DNA of 64,000 nt. Source: Elsinoe ampelina. Taxonomy: Eukaryota. The DNA is taken from contig ML992525.1 in assembly GCA_010093995.1 (NCBI GenBank), forward strand, positions 1 through 64,000, given 5' to 3'. Each line of letters begins with the position of its first letter. The first letter of the stretch is position 1. Of this stretch, positions 13,695 to 27,573 are shown in pieces. A model generated the notes under the pieces. The model made no database searches. It saw nothing but the letters and a program-made list of their open reading frames with translations, and had not been told where the DNA came from. Position numbers and translations under genes: made by a program.

Positions 13695-15351
13695 GGCAAG
13701 GATATATTATGGGTCAAGTAACCCTGCAGTGTGAGGTAATCGTAGTACAAGCTGGTCGGTATCTTGAAATCTATCGGACTGGTCGGGAACTCCTGATGTC
13801 AAATCATCCAATCGTCACGAGCATGACGTCGTAGCTGCGCTGGCGGTCCAGAGAAAGATAAGAAGGTAGGTGTAGGGGAATCTCCCAAAAGTCGTCTGAT
13901 AAACATGTGGAGGAAATGTTTCCATGCATTCCTTTTACAGATCGAGATCTGGCAGACGCCCGAAACGTAATGAGAGCCTCACGACAGATGCAAGAAGGGC
14001 CGGGGATTCGGGGATGGCGCTCGTGGTTCCGGCGACTTGGGAGTGTTAACGTGTTTGCTACGAGGCTAAAGACATGAAAGGAAACAAGACTGGCATGCTA
14101 TGACCAAACAAGAAACAAATCTGCATGCGGGCCATTTGGGTTGACAGCGTTTTGCAAGCCTCGGGAGCGGGAGTCTATCTTGCTTGGAAATCAAGCAACT
14201 TTATGAACAGGACAACATCTTGACCGACAGTTTTGGTTTTGCTTTCCATCTCATAGAGAGGTGCGTACTTGACGATCCCTTTCATCCTTCTCCCTTCGTA
14301 CTGCTCAGCTTTGTTTTTTGCAGGCATCGTGCTGTTAAAGACTCTCCTTCCTTTATCTTTGAAAAGCACAACCAAACGTCGTGACGACACAGATGCGAAG
14401 CGGCTCCTTCATGCAAGGCGGGAACTTGCATCGTGAGAGTTGCCAAATTAGGATTGGACCCCTGCATGCTCGGTGAGCGGCCTCGTCCAACGCCGATCCC
14501 CGACATGACCAGCTTCGAGCTCCTCCCCCTGTCAAGAAACATTTGAACCCTCATCACGTTCGCAAGAACCATCTTCACTTGGCTGCTGACGTCCACAATG
14601 GGGCTCATAGCTGCAGTCATACTGTCTTGGAAAGCTGCCATCTTAATTTACACTGTCCCTGAGCAAGATGCTGAAGACATTTGTCTCTGGTAGGATTGGA
14701 GAACCGTGGATGGACTCTGCTGCAGAATGATCATTTACTAGAGGGATTGACATTATGGTTCTCAGCGGAACACTGATTCGACTAGAGTATCGCAGCCTTC
14801 GCTCTTGGTAAGGCAGGCATATATGCAACTATCTGACTGAGCTCAAGGCTCCACGCGAGCAACTTACGACTGTCCTCGGTATCTTTGTGGGGGTCCAACA
14901 ACCCCACCGGCCGGCTTATAGCGAACACGACACCTCCAGGGTCTCGAGAGGGTTCACAGTACTCGACATCTGGCTATCCAGACCCTGCAGAATTATCACG
15001 GAGAGACCACATTGCCACTCTTGTACTGTACCTTTCACGTCCATCAGGCCTCTTACAAGCTTTGTCAAGACTTGCAAAGATGGTCAAACACGCAACAGAC
15101 CTCATTCATGGTCGCGGATCATACCATCCCGTGAGCGGAGGGAGACCTCCGCCATCCCCACATATTAACTTGTTCCCCTCAAATTTCTCCGTCCTGTCCT
15201 TCAACAACATCCCGCTTTTCACGTTACTTTCCTGATCGAGACTCGTGTCTGATGCAGAGTATTTCTCTCTGAAGTATATGTAGGTGATGATGTTCAAAAT
15301 GGGATTCTCAGCCCTCGCATCTCCTTCTCTGCTCGTTGGAGCTGTAACACC

Positions 15352-18300
15352 ATGGCCACCTTAGCACGCCGCTTCCTGGTGGTATTCTTGTTATGCTGCC
15401 AACTCGTCGCCGGATTGACCACGAAGACCCTCGCTCAGCCGGCCGTCGAAAAACGTCAGGCGACTCAGGATCTGGTAGGCCATGGAGGAGGCATTTGCTG
15501 CACCCACGGCTAACCGAGCAAGGTCACTTTTGACGACAGGACGCTTTTCGTCCGTGGAGAACGAATCCTCTTCTACTCCGGCGAATTCCACCCTTTCCGA
15601 CTGCCAGTCCCGGACTTGTGGTTCGACGTCTTCCAGAAGATCAAAGCACTTGGGTACAATGGCGTCTCATTCTATGTAAGCACTCAGACAGCTGTGGATT
15701 TGGGCAAGCACTGAGACGACGCAGGTCGATTGGGCTCTCATAGAAGGTGCTCCAGGAGACTTTAGCGCCGAGGGTGTCTTTGCATGGGAACCATTCTTCG
15801 AAGCTGCGGCCGAAAGTGGCATCTACCTTCTAGCACGCCCTGGCCCGTACATCAACGGCAAGTCACGCTAATCCACGTTGATCGTATCAGCTGACATCCC
15901 ACCAGCTGAAGTGTCTGGAGGTGGCTTTCCAGGATGGCTGTCTCGTGTCCCTGCGTACCTGAGGACGAACGAGACTGCATTCGTTGAGGCGAGCAGAAAC
16001 TACATTGCGAACATTGGCAAGATCATTGCGGCAGGCCAAATCACAAACGGAGGTCCAGTCATTGCCTTCCAGGCTGAGAATGAGTACAGTGCTGGTGCTC
16101 CATGGACTACCTTCCCAGATGCCGAATACTTAGAGGGCCTCGAGCAACAGTTCCGCGAAGCTGGAATCGTTGTGCCCTTCATCAACAACGAAGCCTGGCA
16201 AGGCGGACAGGTCGTACCTGGCGAGCCCGGCGGTCCTGACATTTACGGCTTTGACAATTATCCTATTGGTTTCGATTGCAGCAAGCCGACGAGCTGGGAC
16301 ACCGCTTCTCTGTCAAGCAACTACTGGCAGACCCATCTTCAGCAGAGTCCCAACGGTCCTCTATCTATCATAGAGTTCCAGGGCGGTGCTTTCGGTGGAT
16401 GGGCTCTACCTAGCCAAGATGAATGTGCTGCACTGATCAACCACGAAGCCGAGCGGGTTTTCTACAAGAACAATTTTGCGGCAGGTATCAGCATCTTCAA
16501 TATCTACATGACCTATGGTGGAACCAACTGGGGCAACCTCGGTCAATCAGGAGGTCTTACTTCTTACGACTACGGTGCGGTCATCGAGGAGGACCGACAG
16601 ATCACTCGCGAGAAGTACTCGGAAGCAAAGCTCATTGCCCAATCCATCACTCGCGCTCCAGCATACCTCGAGGCCGTTCCTGGGCAGGCAACAAATGCGT
16701 CCTTCACTAACAATCCAGCCATTACTGTCACCCAGGTCGCAGGCAAGAAGACCAACTTTTACGTTGTCCGACAGACTGATTACAGGTCACTTGGATCGAC
16801 GAGCTATACCTTGACCGTGTCGACAAGCGCAGGTAACTTGACCATACCTCAACTAGGCGGTACACTTGCCATCAATGGCAGAGACTCCAAAGTTCAGGTC
16901 ACGGACTACGATGTCAACGGTGTCAACCTAGTCTACTCTTCTGCTGACATCTACGCACATACTCAGACTGGCAACAAGAAGGTGCTTCTCCTGTACGGTC
17001 TCGCTGGTGAGACACATGAGCTGGCATTTGCCTCTGAGCTTGGCGAGCCTTCAGTCGAGGGTGAGGTCATTGTTGAGCAAAGAGACTCCTTGAATGTGGT
17101 GCAATGGAACGTTACCGCTGAGCGCAAAGTCTTGCACTACGGCGATGACCTCGATGTCTACCTGCTATGGCGAAACGATGCGTTGAACTACTGGATCCTT
17201 GACCTCGAGTCGCCCGCACCAATCGGCAACTACACCAGCCAGACCAAGGACATCATCATTGCCAAAGCTGGCTATCTCTTGCGAACAGCAAGCCTGTCCG
17301 ACGACAAACTCTACTTGACCGGCGACCTCAACGCCACTGCCACTCTCGAAGTTGTAGCTGGAGCACCTGCGTCCGGTGAGATCTACTTCAATGGCCAGCA
17401 AGTCGCAGATATCGAAGAGACTCAAGGCCGCCTGTCCGCACCTCTCTCATACTCCCCTCCCACAATCACCATCCCCGACCTCACCACCCTCGACTGGCGC
17501 TACACCGACGCCCTCCCCGAACTCTCACCCACCTACGACGACACCCCCTGGACCTCCGCCTCCAACCCCACAACCAACAACTCCCTCCGCGACCCAGTCT
17601 TCTCCACCGGGCTCCCCTTCGAGCTCCGCACCCCCACCTCCCTCATCGCCTCCGACTACGGCTACCACACCGGCTCCCTCCTCTACCGGGGACACTTCAC
17701 CTCCACTGGCAACGAAACCACCCTCACCCTCTCCATCCAAGGGGGCGTCGCCTTCTCCCACTCCGTCTGGCTCGACGGGACGCACATCGGTTCCTTCGCC
17801 GGCACCGCAGGGGACAGGAACTGGAACCAAACCTTCCCCCTTTCCCTCAACTCCACCCTCGTCCGAGGGAAAGCACACATCATCACCCTCCTCATCGACC
17901 ACATGGGCATGGAAACCAACTGGTGGCCGGGCTACAACTTCCAGCAATCCCCCCGCGGCATCCTGGACTACACCCTCACCGGCCGCCCCCAGGACGCCAT
18001 CGCCTGGAAACTCACCGGCAACTTCGGAGGGGAGCGGTACCCCGACCGTACGAGGGGCCCGTTGAACGAAGGCGCCCTCGCCCCGGAGAGGAAGGGGTGG
18101 CATTTGCCTTCTGCGCCGACGGGGGCGTTGGAGGGGCGGTCGCCGCTGGAGGGTGTGCGGGGCGTGGGCGTGGGGTTTTTTGTCGCCGGGTTTGAGTTGG
18201 ATGTGCCCGTGGGGTGGGATGTGCCGATGAGTTTTGTGTTTAATGAGGGAGTGGTTGGCGGGGAGGAGGGGGCGAGGTATAGGGCGCAGTTGTACGTGAA

Positions 18301-18638
18301 TGGGTGGCAGTTTGGGAAGTATAGTGAGTTCATCCCCTTTTTTTCTCTTATTTGTCTTGCGGGGACGGGCTACGGGGATCTGGGCTGGGTGCTTGGGGAA
18401 GTTGCTGACTTGATGTGCAGTCAATCACTTGGGTCCGCAGACAAAGTTCCCTGTTCCTGAGGGGATTCTGAATTACGACGGGGCCAATTACGTGGCCATC
18501 ACGCTGTGGTCGCAGGAAGAGGGTGGGGCGAAGCTGGAGGGGTTGAAATTAGAAGTGGATGCAGTGGTCCAGTCTGGGTACAGGAAGCCAAAACTCGTGT
18601 GGGAGGACAAGTGGGAGGAGAGGGAGGGTGTCTACTGA
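15352..18638 (+). CDS. Secreted GH35 beta-galactosidase (LacA-type), 5 exons
   Basis: Signal peptide; motifs [52 protein letters not shown] and [13 protein letters not shown]. One GC-AG intron at 15858-15905. Confidence 0.95.
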
Positions 18639-18871
18639 TGCAGTGGAGGCATTACCAGATGATTGAGGCTGGGTGTAGTGCAGACCAACAGCGAATGCAT
18701 AGAGTTGCAACGCTCAGATATTCAAAATCTCCTCAGTCCATTCGTATACATGAACGCTCGCTATCATCTATGCTATGATCATCATTGCTTGCGCCTTCAA
18801 TATTTCCAATGGTATCGACCCGAATCCAAGCAAATGCAAACGCTATGTCGCGAGTGTCGAAATCACAAAAA

Positions 18872-21812
18872 TCAATTCACATGATGTCCTTTACGTTCCG
18901 CTTCTTCCACTTCTTTGACATACTTGACGAATGCCTTCTTGTGAACCAGACCGGCGTACTTCCCTTCTCGCACGACGCAAATGTATCGCAGTCCGAGCTT
19001 GACGAAAAGCTCGAACACCAAATCCATGGGTGAGCAGATGTCCAAAGCCACCGGAGCAGGGTCGATGTATGGCGTAAAGTCGGTCGGGTCGCTTTGCGGC
19101 TGGAACCGCTGAGGTGATCTCGTGGCCACCAGACGGGCCGGCGCCTCGATGTCATCATCCTCTGTCCCAGTCTCTGTCACTGTGTCACGAGATACAGGTC
19201 GAAGAGAATCGTTCGATTGCCGGAGTAGAAGAGGAAGATCTGGACGTGAACGGTGGGTGCCTGTCGTATGTGAGGCCGACAGATCATTCGTCCTTGGACC
19301 AGAGGGTGTGAGCCATCTTGCCTGAGGGTTCATAAGACATAGCGCATTCTCCTCATTGCCAAGATTGTCCAGAGCAAATTCGAGATCTGGTGCAGGGATG
19401 AGCCCAACCAGGATCCCTTCTCGAAGGATAGGAAGACCGCCATCGAGTTCTCCAGACATGTGCAAGCGCTGGAGCTTCTTGCGGAGATCCGAGGCTGGGA
19501 CTAGAGGAGAGTGAGAAATGTCGATCATGCGGGACTGCTTAGGAGGTGCGGTAATATCTCCAAGATCATTCGTGAAAACAGGTCGAGCTTTTGAGTCCAA
19601 GTAAGGATATGCATTCATGTCAGTAAGCAAGTCGTAAATGCTGAGGGGTTCGAGAGCGTCAGCCGTCCATTTCGAGACAAGCACGCCGATCGAAAACGGT
19701 AGAACATGTTCAAGAGATCCAGTAAGTTCGAATAAGATAACGGCGAGGGTCACCGACAAGCGAGTGACACCACACATGGTGGCACCGGCGGCGGTGAGAG
19801 CATAAATACCGGGCGTGACAAAGCTCTCTGGATTGCCAACAGTAGGCGATCCTCCCCAGATTGGTGAGTCCGGATAAGTGAGGGTAAGAAGTTGTACAGA
19901 GTGTCCGACAATTCGTCCAGCGAGACCGCCAACCACCATGGAAGGTACGTAAATACCAGCGGGTACTTTGACACCAAATGTGATAGTTGTGAGGAAAGCT
20001 TTGATGACAAAAGCAATGGACAGGTAGCGGATGACGTCGGGGATTCGATCTTGTGTTGGGCATAGACTGGTCCCATCTTTCGTGAATGCGTCGCAAGGGG
20101 CTGCTAGTTCGTAGAGCAGTTCAGCGACTGGAAGCCTGGAGTAGCGATTCCAGAAGCTTGTGAATGCCGTGATGACAGCTACCAGCAAGACCTCAAACAG
20201 TGGGTACTTCTTGATAGCAGGTATGCGCCTGAAAGTGCGAGCCCAGACTCCAGTCATTTTGATGAACATTGCTCCCATGACACCACCTAGAATCCCGAGG
20301 AATGCAAAGATGACTATCTCGAAGAAGCGCCAGTCGGTAAGGTAACGGACCTCGAACAGGACGATTTTCGCAGTGCCATATGGGTTGAGAAACTTCAACG
20401 ACAGAGCAGCAACCTGGAGATCATCAGCTGAGACCTTGAGTAGATTGTGATAGACTTACGATGCAGCAGAAGAAGGTCCTGAACAGTGTCTTTGGTGGGA
20501 AGTAGTAGCTGACTTCTTCCAAGCTGAACAAGACGCCGCTGATAGGGGCGCCGAAAGCCACGGCCACACCAGAGGCCGCCGCAGCAGACAGAGCCTCTCG
20601 TCGCTTGCCATCGTTCTGATGATACTTTGGGAACAGACGACACGAAATGTTACCAATACAAGTCGCGATATGGACGTAAGGCCCTTCCTTGCCAACGCTG
20701 AGACCACTGCCGACACTGAGGATCAATCCAATCGATTTGGCGACCAAGGTCTTGACACCCAAGTATCCGTGGAGAACGAAGCCGGAGAGGATGACCTTGA
20801 CTTCGGCGACTCCACTGGCGGCAGCAGGGTAGTATGTCATTGGTTTCTTGACGGTCGCGTCGAACGCTCCTCTCTGATCGCTCTGTGCTTCACCTTCATC
20901 ATCTTTCGACATGCCAGCCTTGTGATGATCGGCTCCTAGATTCTCATCCAAGGTCGCAAGAGAGAGGGCGCTTGATATGGTGGTCTTGGTCTGTAATGTG
21001 ACCAGACATGAGAGAGCAGACAGACCAATGACCCACAAGGCAAAGAAGATGAAGTCGGTACCTTGATCATCCTGGCCATTGACTCGTACCAGAGACGACC
21101 AGCGGCTCCAGTCATCGCACTTGCTCACACCATTGCAGCACCTTCTCTTGCTCAAATACCACCCTTTTGTGCAATAGCCGGTCTTGATATCGAATACGAA
21201 AGCCTCAGTAACGTCGATGAGATATGCCACGGAGGCCGTGAAGACACCGATGATGGCAACCAAGAGCCAACCTTGTGCAGCATCGTATAATGCCAGAAGA
21301 CGGCCTACAAAGTCCCTCCTCGACCGCAATTCCTTGACACGGAAAGCATCGGCAATACTGTCATGGACCCAATCCGTTGACGTAAACTGATCATACCACG
21401 CTCTGTCATCCACCAGGGTCGACTTCGAGAGGTCTTCTTGCAAGAAGTATTCCTCCTCTCCTTCTCCTCCATGAAACATGCGTGATACACGAGCACCGAG
21501 CGAGCCATGTCGGCTATGGTTCAGCCAATTCGAGTGATAGCTTCTAGTCCTCCTCATCCGGTGTCTCGGCGTGGTAGGTGCGGAGGCTGTGAAAGCCTCT
21601 GTATATGAATTATGATTGTCGGCAGCCGAAAGAAGTCCAGTCGACTCATCTACCCCTGATCTTGGACGGAAGTGGACATCAAGATCGCTAGGTCGTTCCC
21701 CGGTATGCCTTCGACTTATGCGTGGAGAGGTAGCTCTACTCCCCTGATATTCCTCCTCTTCATCATAACCGCGGTCGGCAAAGCTCACATACGAAGCGAC
21801 TGATTTGGGCAT
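18872..21812 (-). CDS. CLC chloride channel/Cl-H+ exchanger (Gef1-like), 2 exons
   Basis: Motifs SGVAEVK, GKEGP, GVLFSLEE and GIYVPSM, plus C-terminal CBS domains. Intron at ~20459-20414. Confidence 0.94.
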
Positions 21813-22747
21813 GATTGCGGCACGGTTTCGCTATCTAGCCATGGAGTCAGCAATGTCCGAGTCTAGCCGGGCCAGCGGTGACAAGAATGTGCTTGAGAAG
21901 TTTGAAGAGATATCGAGAATGTCGCGTGTCTGTAAAAGGAAAGAATGCAAAGAGGACAGAAGACGCGGCGACTGGAGTTTAGATGTGAAACAAATCGTGG
22001 GCCTTGCATACCATGTCATCAGGCTCCAAGTAGTGAACCACGGCTCGTGATCACCCAGCCGGCTACCATTTGCTTCAGGTCGTGTTATTGGGCTGATACA
22101 GGGCTGAGAATCGGAAAGCAAAGGCTACGAGGGTCGAGATATAGAGTCATGATAAGCAACGACGGATCAGCGACGTTGTTGGGTCTTTGTAGGTCATTTC
22201 TCGGGATCTGTCACGAGGAGTGGATGCTTTTGCTTGGTCGCTGAACATCTGACCCTCACTCGTCGAAAGTTTCCCGCAGCACATGCCAAAAGGACCAAGC
22301 ACAGGCCAAGGCAAACAAAAGCCAGCGGGGCTGAAATAACGAACACTCCATCAACAGCCCCCCACAATCACAGGGCTTGAAAACAATGGTCGGGAGAGTC
22401 GGGGCTACCTACTAGCCAGTAGCGGAGATTCCGGCGAAATTGGCGAGCGTGGCATGATGGATGATGGCACGCGACACCCATGCGCTTTTCCTTCTCGTTC
22501 GTCATCGGTGTACAGGTACGACTTGCAGAAGGTTGGCTGTATACAGCTTTTGACTTTGGAAGTAGCTGTAAGAATGTATGTTGATATCTACAATTGGCCC
22601 GAGAGAGTCACTGCCGGCTCATACGGCTTCAAAGGTTGGTCATAATTTTTCCGTGTCTCTCATAGTTATCTCTCCACGCAGGTGCTGTTTTGTAGGTGCC
22701 CTCATCTCTCCTCTTCGCTTCAACACATATTGTCAGCATCGTCCCCA

Positions 22748-23698
22748 ATGGCAGCCATGGATCAAATAGTACTTTTCGGAGACTCCCTGACCCAGTTCTC
22801 CGGTGATCAATCTAGCGGCTTTGCCTTCAAAGCAGCATTGGAAGACGGTATGAACACAGTCTCGCCAGACTTTGTCCTTTGCATACTTACACGTATTCAG
22901 CATATGTTCGCAAACTGGACGTCCTGAACAGAGGCTTCGGGTACGTGACTACCACTGTTCTCCAACAACGCTCCCCAATCCTGTCACCCGCCAGCACACC
23001 CTCACCGCCTACAGGGGTACATAACGACTAACTTGAATCGCAGCGGCTACAATACAAATCTTGCTTTACGCGTCCTACCACATCTCATTCTACCACCATC
23101 AGCGGGCAGGATACGACTATTCATCCTGTTTCTCGGCGCGAATGATGCTCGTCTGCCTGGGACACCCCCAATCGACCAATGCGTCTCCTTGTCAGAATAC
23201 ATCGAGAATATCAAGTCGATTCTGAGCCACAAGGCCCTCTCTGCTCATCAGCCACAATTTATCCTCATCACCCCGCCACCGATAGACGAGCGACTTTGTA
23301 AGATCACAGATCAGGAGAAAGGTTACTCGGAGTCGAGGAGAAGTGCGGCTCAGACCGCCACTTATGCCCAGGCCATTAGGGATATCGGTAAGGAGAAATC
23401 GATCCCTGTTGTAGACCTGTGGACCTCTTTCCTGAAGGAGGCTGGCTACAGTGCAACGTGGGATGGTAAATCAGACCTCCCAGGATCGAGTACTCTGCCG
23501 GTCAATGACAAGCTGCGTGAGCTTCTCAGTGATGGACTTCATTTCACCGGCCAAGCATATAAAGTCATGTTCCGGGAAGTCATGAAGACAATCAATGAGC
23601 AGCTACCAGAGCTGAGTCCGGAGAGGCTACGAATGGTCTTTCCAGAGTGGAAAGACGAGGCGGCATGGCAGACATTTGATGGGCCCAGAAAGGCATGA
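22748..23698 (+). CDS. GDSL/SGNH esterase (IAH1-like), 3 exons
   Basis: SGNH blocks FGDSLT, spliced NRGFGGYNT, GAND and DGLH. Confidence 0.9.
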
Positions 23699-23926
23699 TG
23701 GGAGGTTCAACCATGACTTTCAACGAGACCTTGTTAAACTTTGCCCAGACCGGGGCATCCAATCCCCTGCAATCCAAATGACGTGATCCCGAAGCCGGTC
23801 GATTTTTAAGCAAAACACCCTGCGGACTGCCGATCCCGCCGCAAGCTCTGTAGTGAGGACGTCAGTGGGGTTGGAAATTCTTCAATTGTTGCATTGAACT
23901 CGAGCAACAGTATTCGTTCGTCCAGC

Positions 23927-25610
23927 ATGGCAGTCCCAAGGTCCCTTGCGGCTTCTGGCCGTGCAATGCGACTGGAAATCCAGCGTCGCACTTCATCTGT
24001 ATCACATCGCACCCAGCATGTACGATCTTTTCAACGTAGCACAAACGCATTCGCTCAGGCGGAAGCAGTACAGTCAAAAGAGCAGGAAAACAACTTTACC
24101 AGACAACAGCAGCGGACACCACCGAGTAGCGAGCCTCTCTCATTCCCCTGCCTGGATGCTTCAGAACAGCGGACACAGCGACTAGCTTCACGCAAGTCTC
24201 AAGGATCGTCTTTCTCTGGACCAGAACCAAGCTACACCTCTGGCCACACCGAGGTGTTCACGAGTGAACAACCTCTCTTGCTCGACTGGGGGGGAGTGTT
24301 GCCTTCATTCAATGTTGCTTATGAGACATGGGGAACATTGGACTCCGACAAGTCAAACGCAATCCTTCTACACACTGGGTTGAGCGCCTCAAGTCACGCC
24401 CACAGCACTGAGAAGAACCCGAAGCCGGGATGGTGGGAGAAGTTCATAGGACCAGGAGCACCATTGGATACCGACAAGTACTTTGTCATCTGCACAAATG
24501 TGATTGGGGGCTGTTATGGGAGTACAGGACCTAGCAGCGCAGATCCCACTGCAGCTGGAACATCGGAAGAGGGCAGAAGATATGCGACACGATTCCCGAT
24601 TCTGACCATGCAAGACATGGTAAGGGCTCAATTCCGATTGCTCGACTTTCTCGGCATACAAAAGTTATACGCTAGTGTAGGGAGCAGTATGGGTGGAATG
24701 CAGAGTCTCGCAGCGGCTGTTCTGGAGAAGGATAGGGTTGGTAGAGTGGTGAGCATAAGTGGGTGCGCTAGGAGCCATCCTTATAGTATCGCTTTGCGGC
24801 ACACCCAACGACAAGGTTCGTAAGCAGGGCAACAAGTATGGCAAATGCTAACATTGCAAAGTCCTCATGAACGATCCTGCATGGGCGTCTACCCGTGGCA
24901 ATTACTACGACACAATACCGCCTCATTCTGGCATGAAGCTGGCTCGGGAGATTGCCACTGTCACATATCGCTCCGGACCCGAGTGGGAGCAGCGATTTGG
25001 GCGACGAAGAGCGGATGCATCAAAACCTCCCGCGCTTTGCCCTGACTTTCTTATCGAGACCTACCTGGATCATGCTGGCGAGAAATGGTGTCTGGAGTAC
25101 GATGCCAACAGCCTTCTCTACGTCAGTAAAGCCATGGACCTCTTCGATCTAGGCGCAGAGCATATGGGCATCCTAGAACAAAGTCGTCGCGACAATGTCT
25201 GGAAATTGGACCACTTTGAGAATGTCAAGGGAGAGGAGCTGAAAGATCTGTGCAACCTGGTACTACCAGATCAACCCTATGAAGAGCAAGAAAGCAGCTC
25301 CGATATCATGGCAAAGCCTGCAGACTCAAAGCAGGAGACCAGTCGAGCGAGACTGCAGAACACGCCACCCGAGGATCTCATCAAGGGCTTGGGACCGATG
25401 AAGGACATTCCGACCTTGGTCATGGGTGTTGCAAGCGACATCCTGTTTCCCGCATGGCAGCAGCGAGAGGTCGCTGAGACACTGAGACGGGCAGGGAACA
25501 GGAGTGTTACCCATGTCGAACTAGGAGAGGACAGAAGCTTGTTTGGACACGATACTTTCCTGCTGGACCTCGAGGGGGTAGGCGGAGAGATTCGACGATT
25601 TCTCGGATGA
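23927..25610 (+). CDS. cys2: Mitochondrial homoserine-acetyltransferase-like serine O-succinyl/acetyltransferase (Cys2/CysA), 2 exons
   Basis: Motifs [18 protein letters not shown] and GHDTFL, with an Arg/Ser-rich presequence. Intron at ~24816-24860. Confidence 0.85.
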
Positions 25611-26310
25611 ACCAGTCCGTCTCGCAACAAGACGTGCATGACCATACGAGACTGGTTGATGGGAAGGCGAGGCTCGATTCCGCACATCATTCCTCTTGAG
25701 TAGGAGCTCACACACTGATGTCGATCGCTCGGTGCGGGGTCTGCCGACCAAACATCCAGCTTCGATCGGTCTCCAGGAAGATGAGAAGAAGCAGCTCGCT
25801 TACAGAAGAGCAGGGATGAAGATTGGCAATATTCTGGGTCGCAGTAGACAGACCCGTCGTCGTGCCGTACGTCCAGCTCATGAATGATCGCATGTGGAGC
25901 CGAATAACGGTCAGGATCATGCAGCTCAATCTATATCAACCTTTCCAGATTATGCAAGATACCCATCTCGTGCTAAGCCGCCTGGTTTCACCAAGGATTC
26001 TATATTGCTCTTCTCCACAATTGACGATTGTTTCATAAGAGATATCTTTAGTATCAATACCTGATGACATACACAAGACACAGAATCAGATCCAGACCAA
26101 AACTAAAAAGCACACCTACCTGATCCGAGGGAAGCATTTGGGGATTACCATACAAGTCGGATCGACAAACGGTCAACCGAGGGCAAGCCGAACCTGAACC
26201 CCGCCCCGCCCATCACCCGCAAGCTCTCTCCACCACATACCTTAATATTCCCTGCATATCAACCGACGCCTCAATCCCATTTCCTCTCCTGCCCAGCCCA
26301 GGTCACCACC

Positions 26311-27573
26311 ATGCACTTCCTCAGCCTCCCCGCCGAAATCCGCTCCAACATCTTCAGCTTCATCCTCTCCCCCTCAGCCAACCGCACAATCGACTCACAA
26401 GCCTACACACACTACTCCTTCCGCCGCTCCCTCGACCTCTTCCTCGTGTCACGCCAAATCGCCTCCGAAGCCCGCGCCGTCTTCTACAACCTCAACACCT
26501 TCATCATAATCTCCACCCCATGGAACGAAGCCCAAACCCACGTCGCCATCGAGGGCCACGTACCGGTCATCGCCGGCGGGGCCGCGGCCGACAAATTCGA
26601 CCTGTGGACGATGGTGATAGGGATCAATAGCCCGACGTACAAGTTTCCGGAGGAAGAGATGCGCAAGTTCGTCATCCACATCGACGATCTGCCGTCGTTC
26701 GCGACGACGTGGAAGTACAGCGACCTCACGCATCCGCAGCTCAATCCGAACTTGAGTCTGGAACTGCGGCTGCGTGATCCCAAGGCGAGGAAGGAGTGGG
26801 AAGAGCCGGTGATCACCAAGCGGGTGCAGGAGAGGTTGTTGTTGCCGTTTGGGGTGGTGAAGAGGTTGGCTGGGTTGGAGGTCAAGGGGAGGCCGATGCC
26901 GTTGGCGAGTGTGCAGGAGCGGTTGCGGAAGGAGATGGAGGAGCCGCATGAGAGTCCGGAGAGTTGTTTGCGGAGGGCGACGGGGTTCAAGGATGAGGGA
27001 AATAAGGCGTTGAAGGTGGGGAGGTATGAGGAGGCGTTGGAGTTGTATAGGCAGGCTTGGTTGGCTATGCATATTGTGGTGAATGGGAGGACAAGGCATG
27101 TTCATGCGGATTTGTATTACAATAGGGAGTTGAGGGAGGAACCGTTCAAGGGGATGCAAGGACACACGGTGAGGTTGGCTTTGAGGGTTAAGCTGGTGGC
27201 GAACACGGTTATGCTGTATCTCAAGATGGAGAAATATGATGTGAGTTGGCTTTGCAGCTGTGAAGAGGGAAGTATGATCGGCTGACGAATACTGCAGGAT
27301 GCCATACATTGGGGCAACAGGACGATCAACATGATCCGAGAAGCTATTGGTCTGCCGGAGAACGAGGAAGCGGCCCGGCCGGAGGACGAAGCTATCACAA
27401 ACTTTGTGGCTGCCGTCGATATGGGCAAGGTCTACTTCCGGACTGCTATGGCATACAAAGCACTTGACCAAAAGGACGAAGCTCGGAAGCTGCTCAAGGT
27501 CGCTCAAGTGTACTTGCCTCTGGACAGGAAGGTGCAGGAGGAAGTCACCGCTTGTGCTCTCAGGATCGGCTGA
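26311..27573 (+). CDS. Hypothetical protein with F-box-like N-terminus and TPR-like C-terminus, 2 exons
   Basis: F-box-like FLSLPAEIRSNIFSFIL; TPR-like FKDEGNKALKVGRYEEALELY and KVYFRTAMAYKAL. Intron at 27241-27297. Confidence 0.7.

Noticed and set aside
17376..18065. Pro/Ser/Thr-rich alternative-frame ORF (also 3370-3954 and 42983-43405)
   Set aside because: Off-frame reading of C-rich skew islands overlapping real genes or UTRs.
22941..23043. Longer IAH1 intron with an internal CAG (possible nested intron)
   Set aside because: The remaining segment is too short for a second intron, and using the internal acceptor gives an immediate stop.
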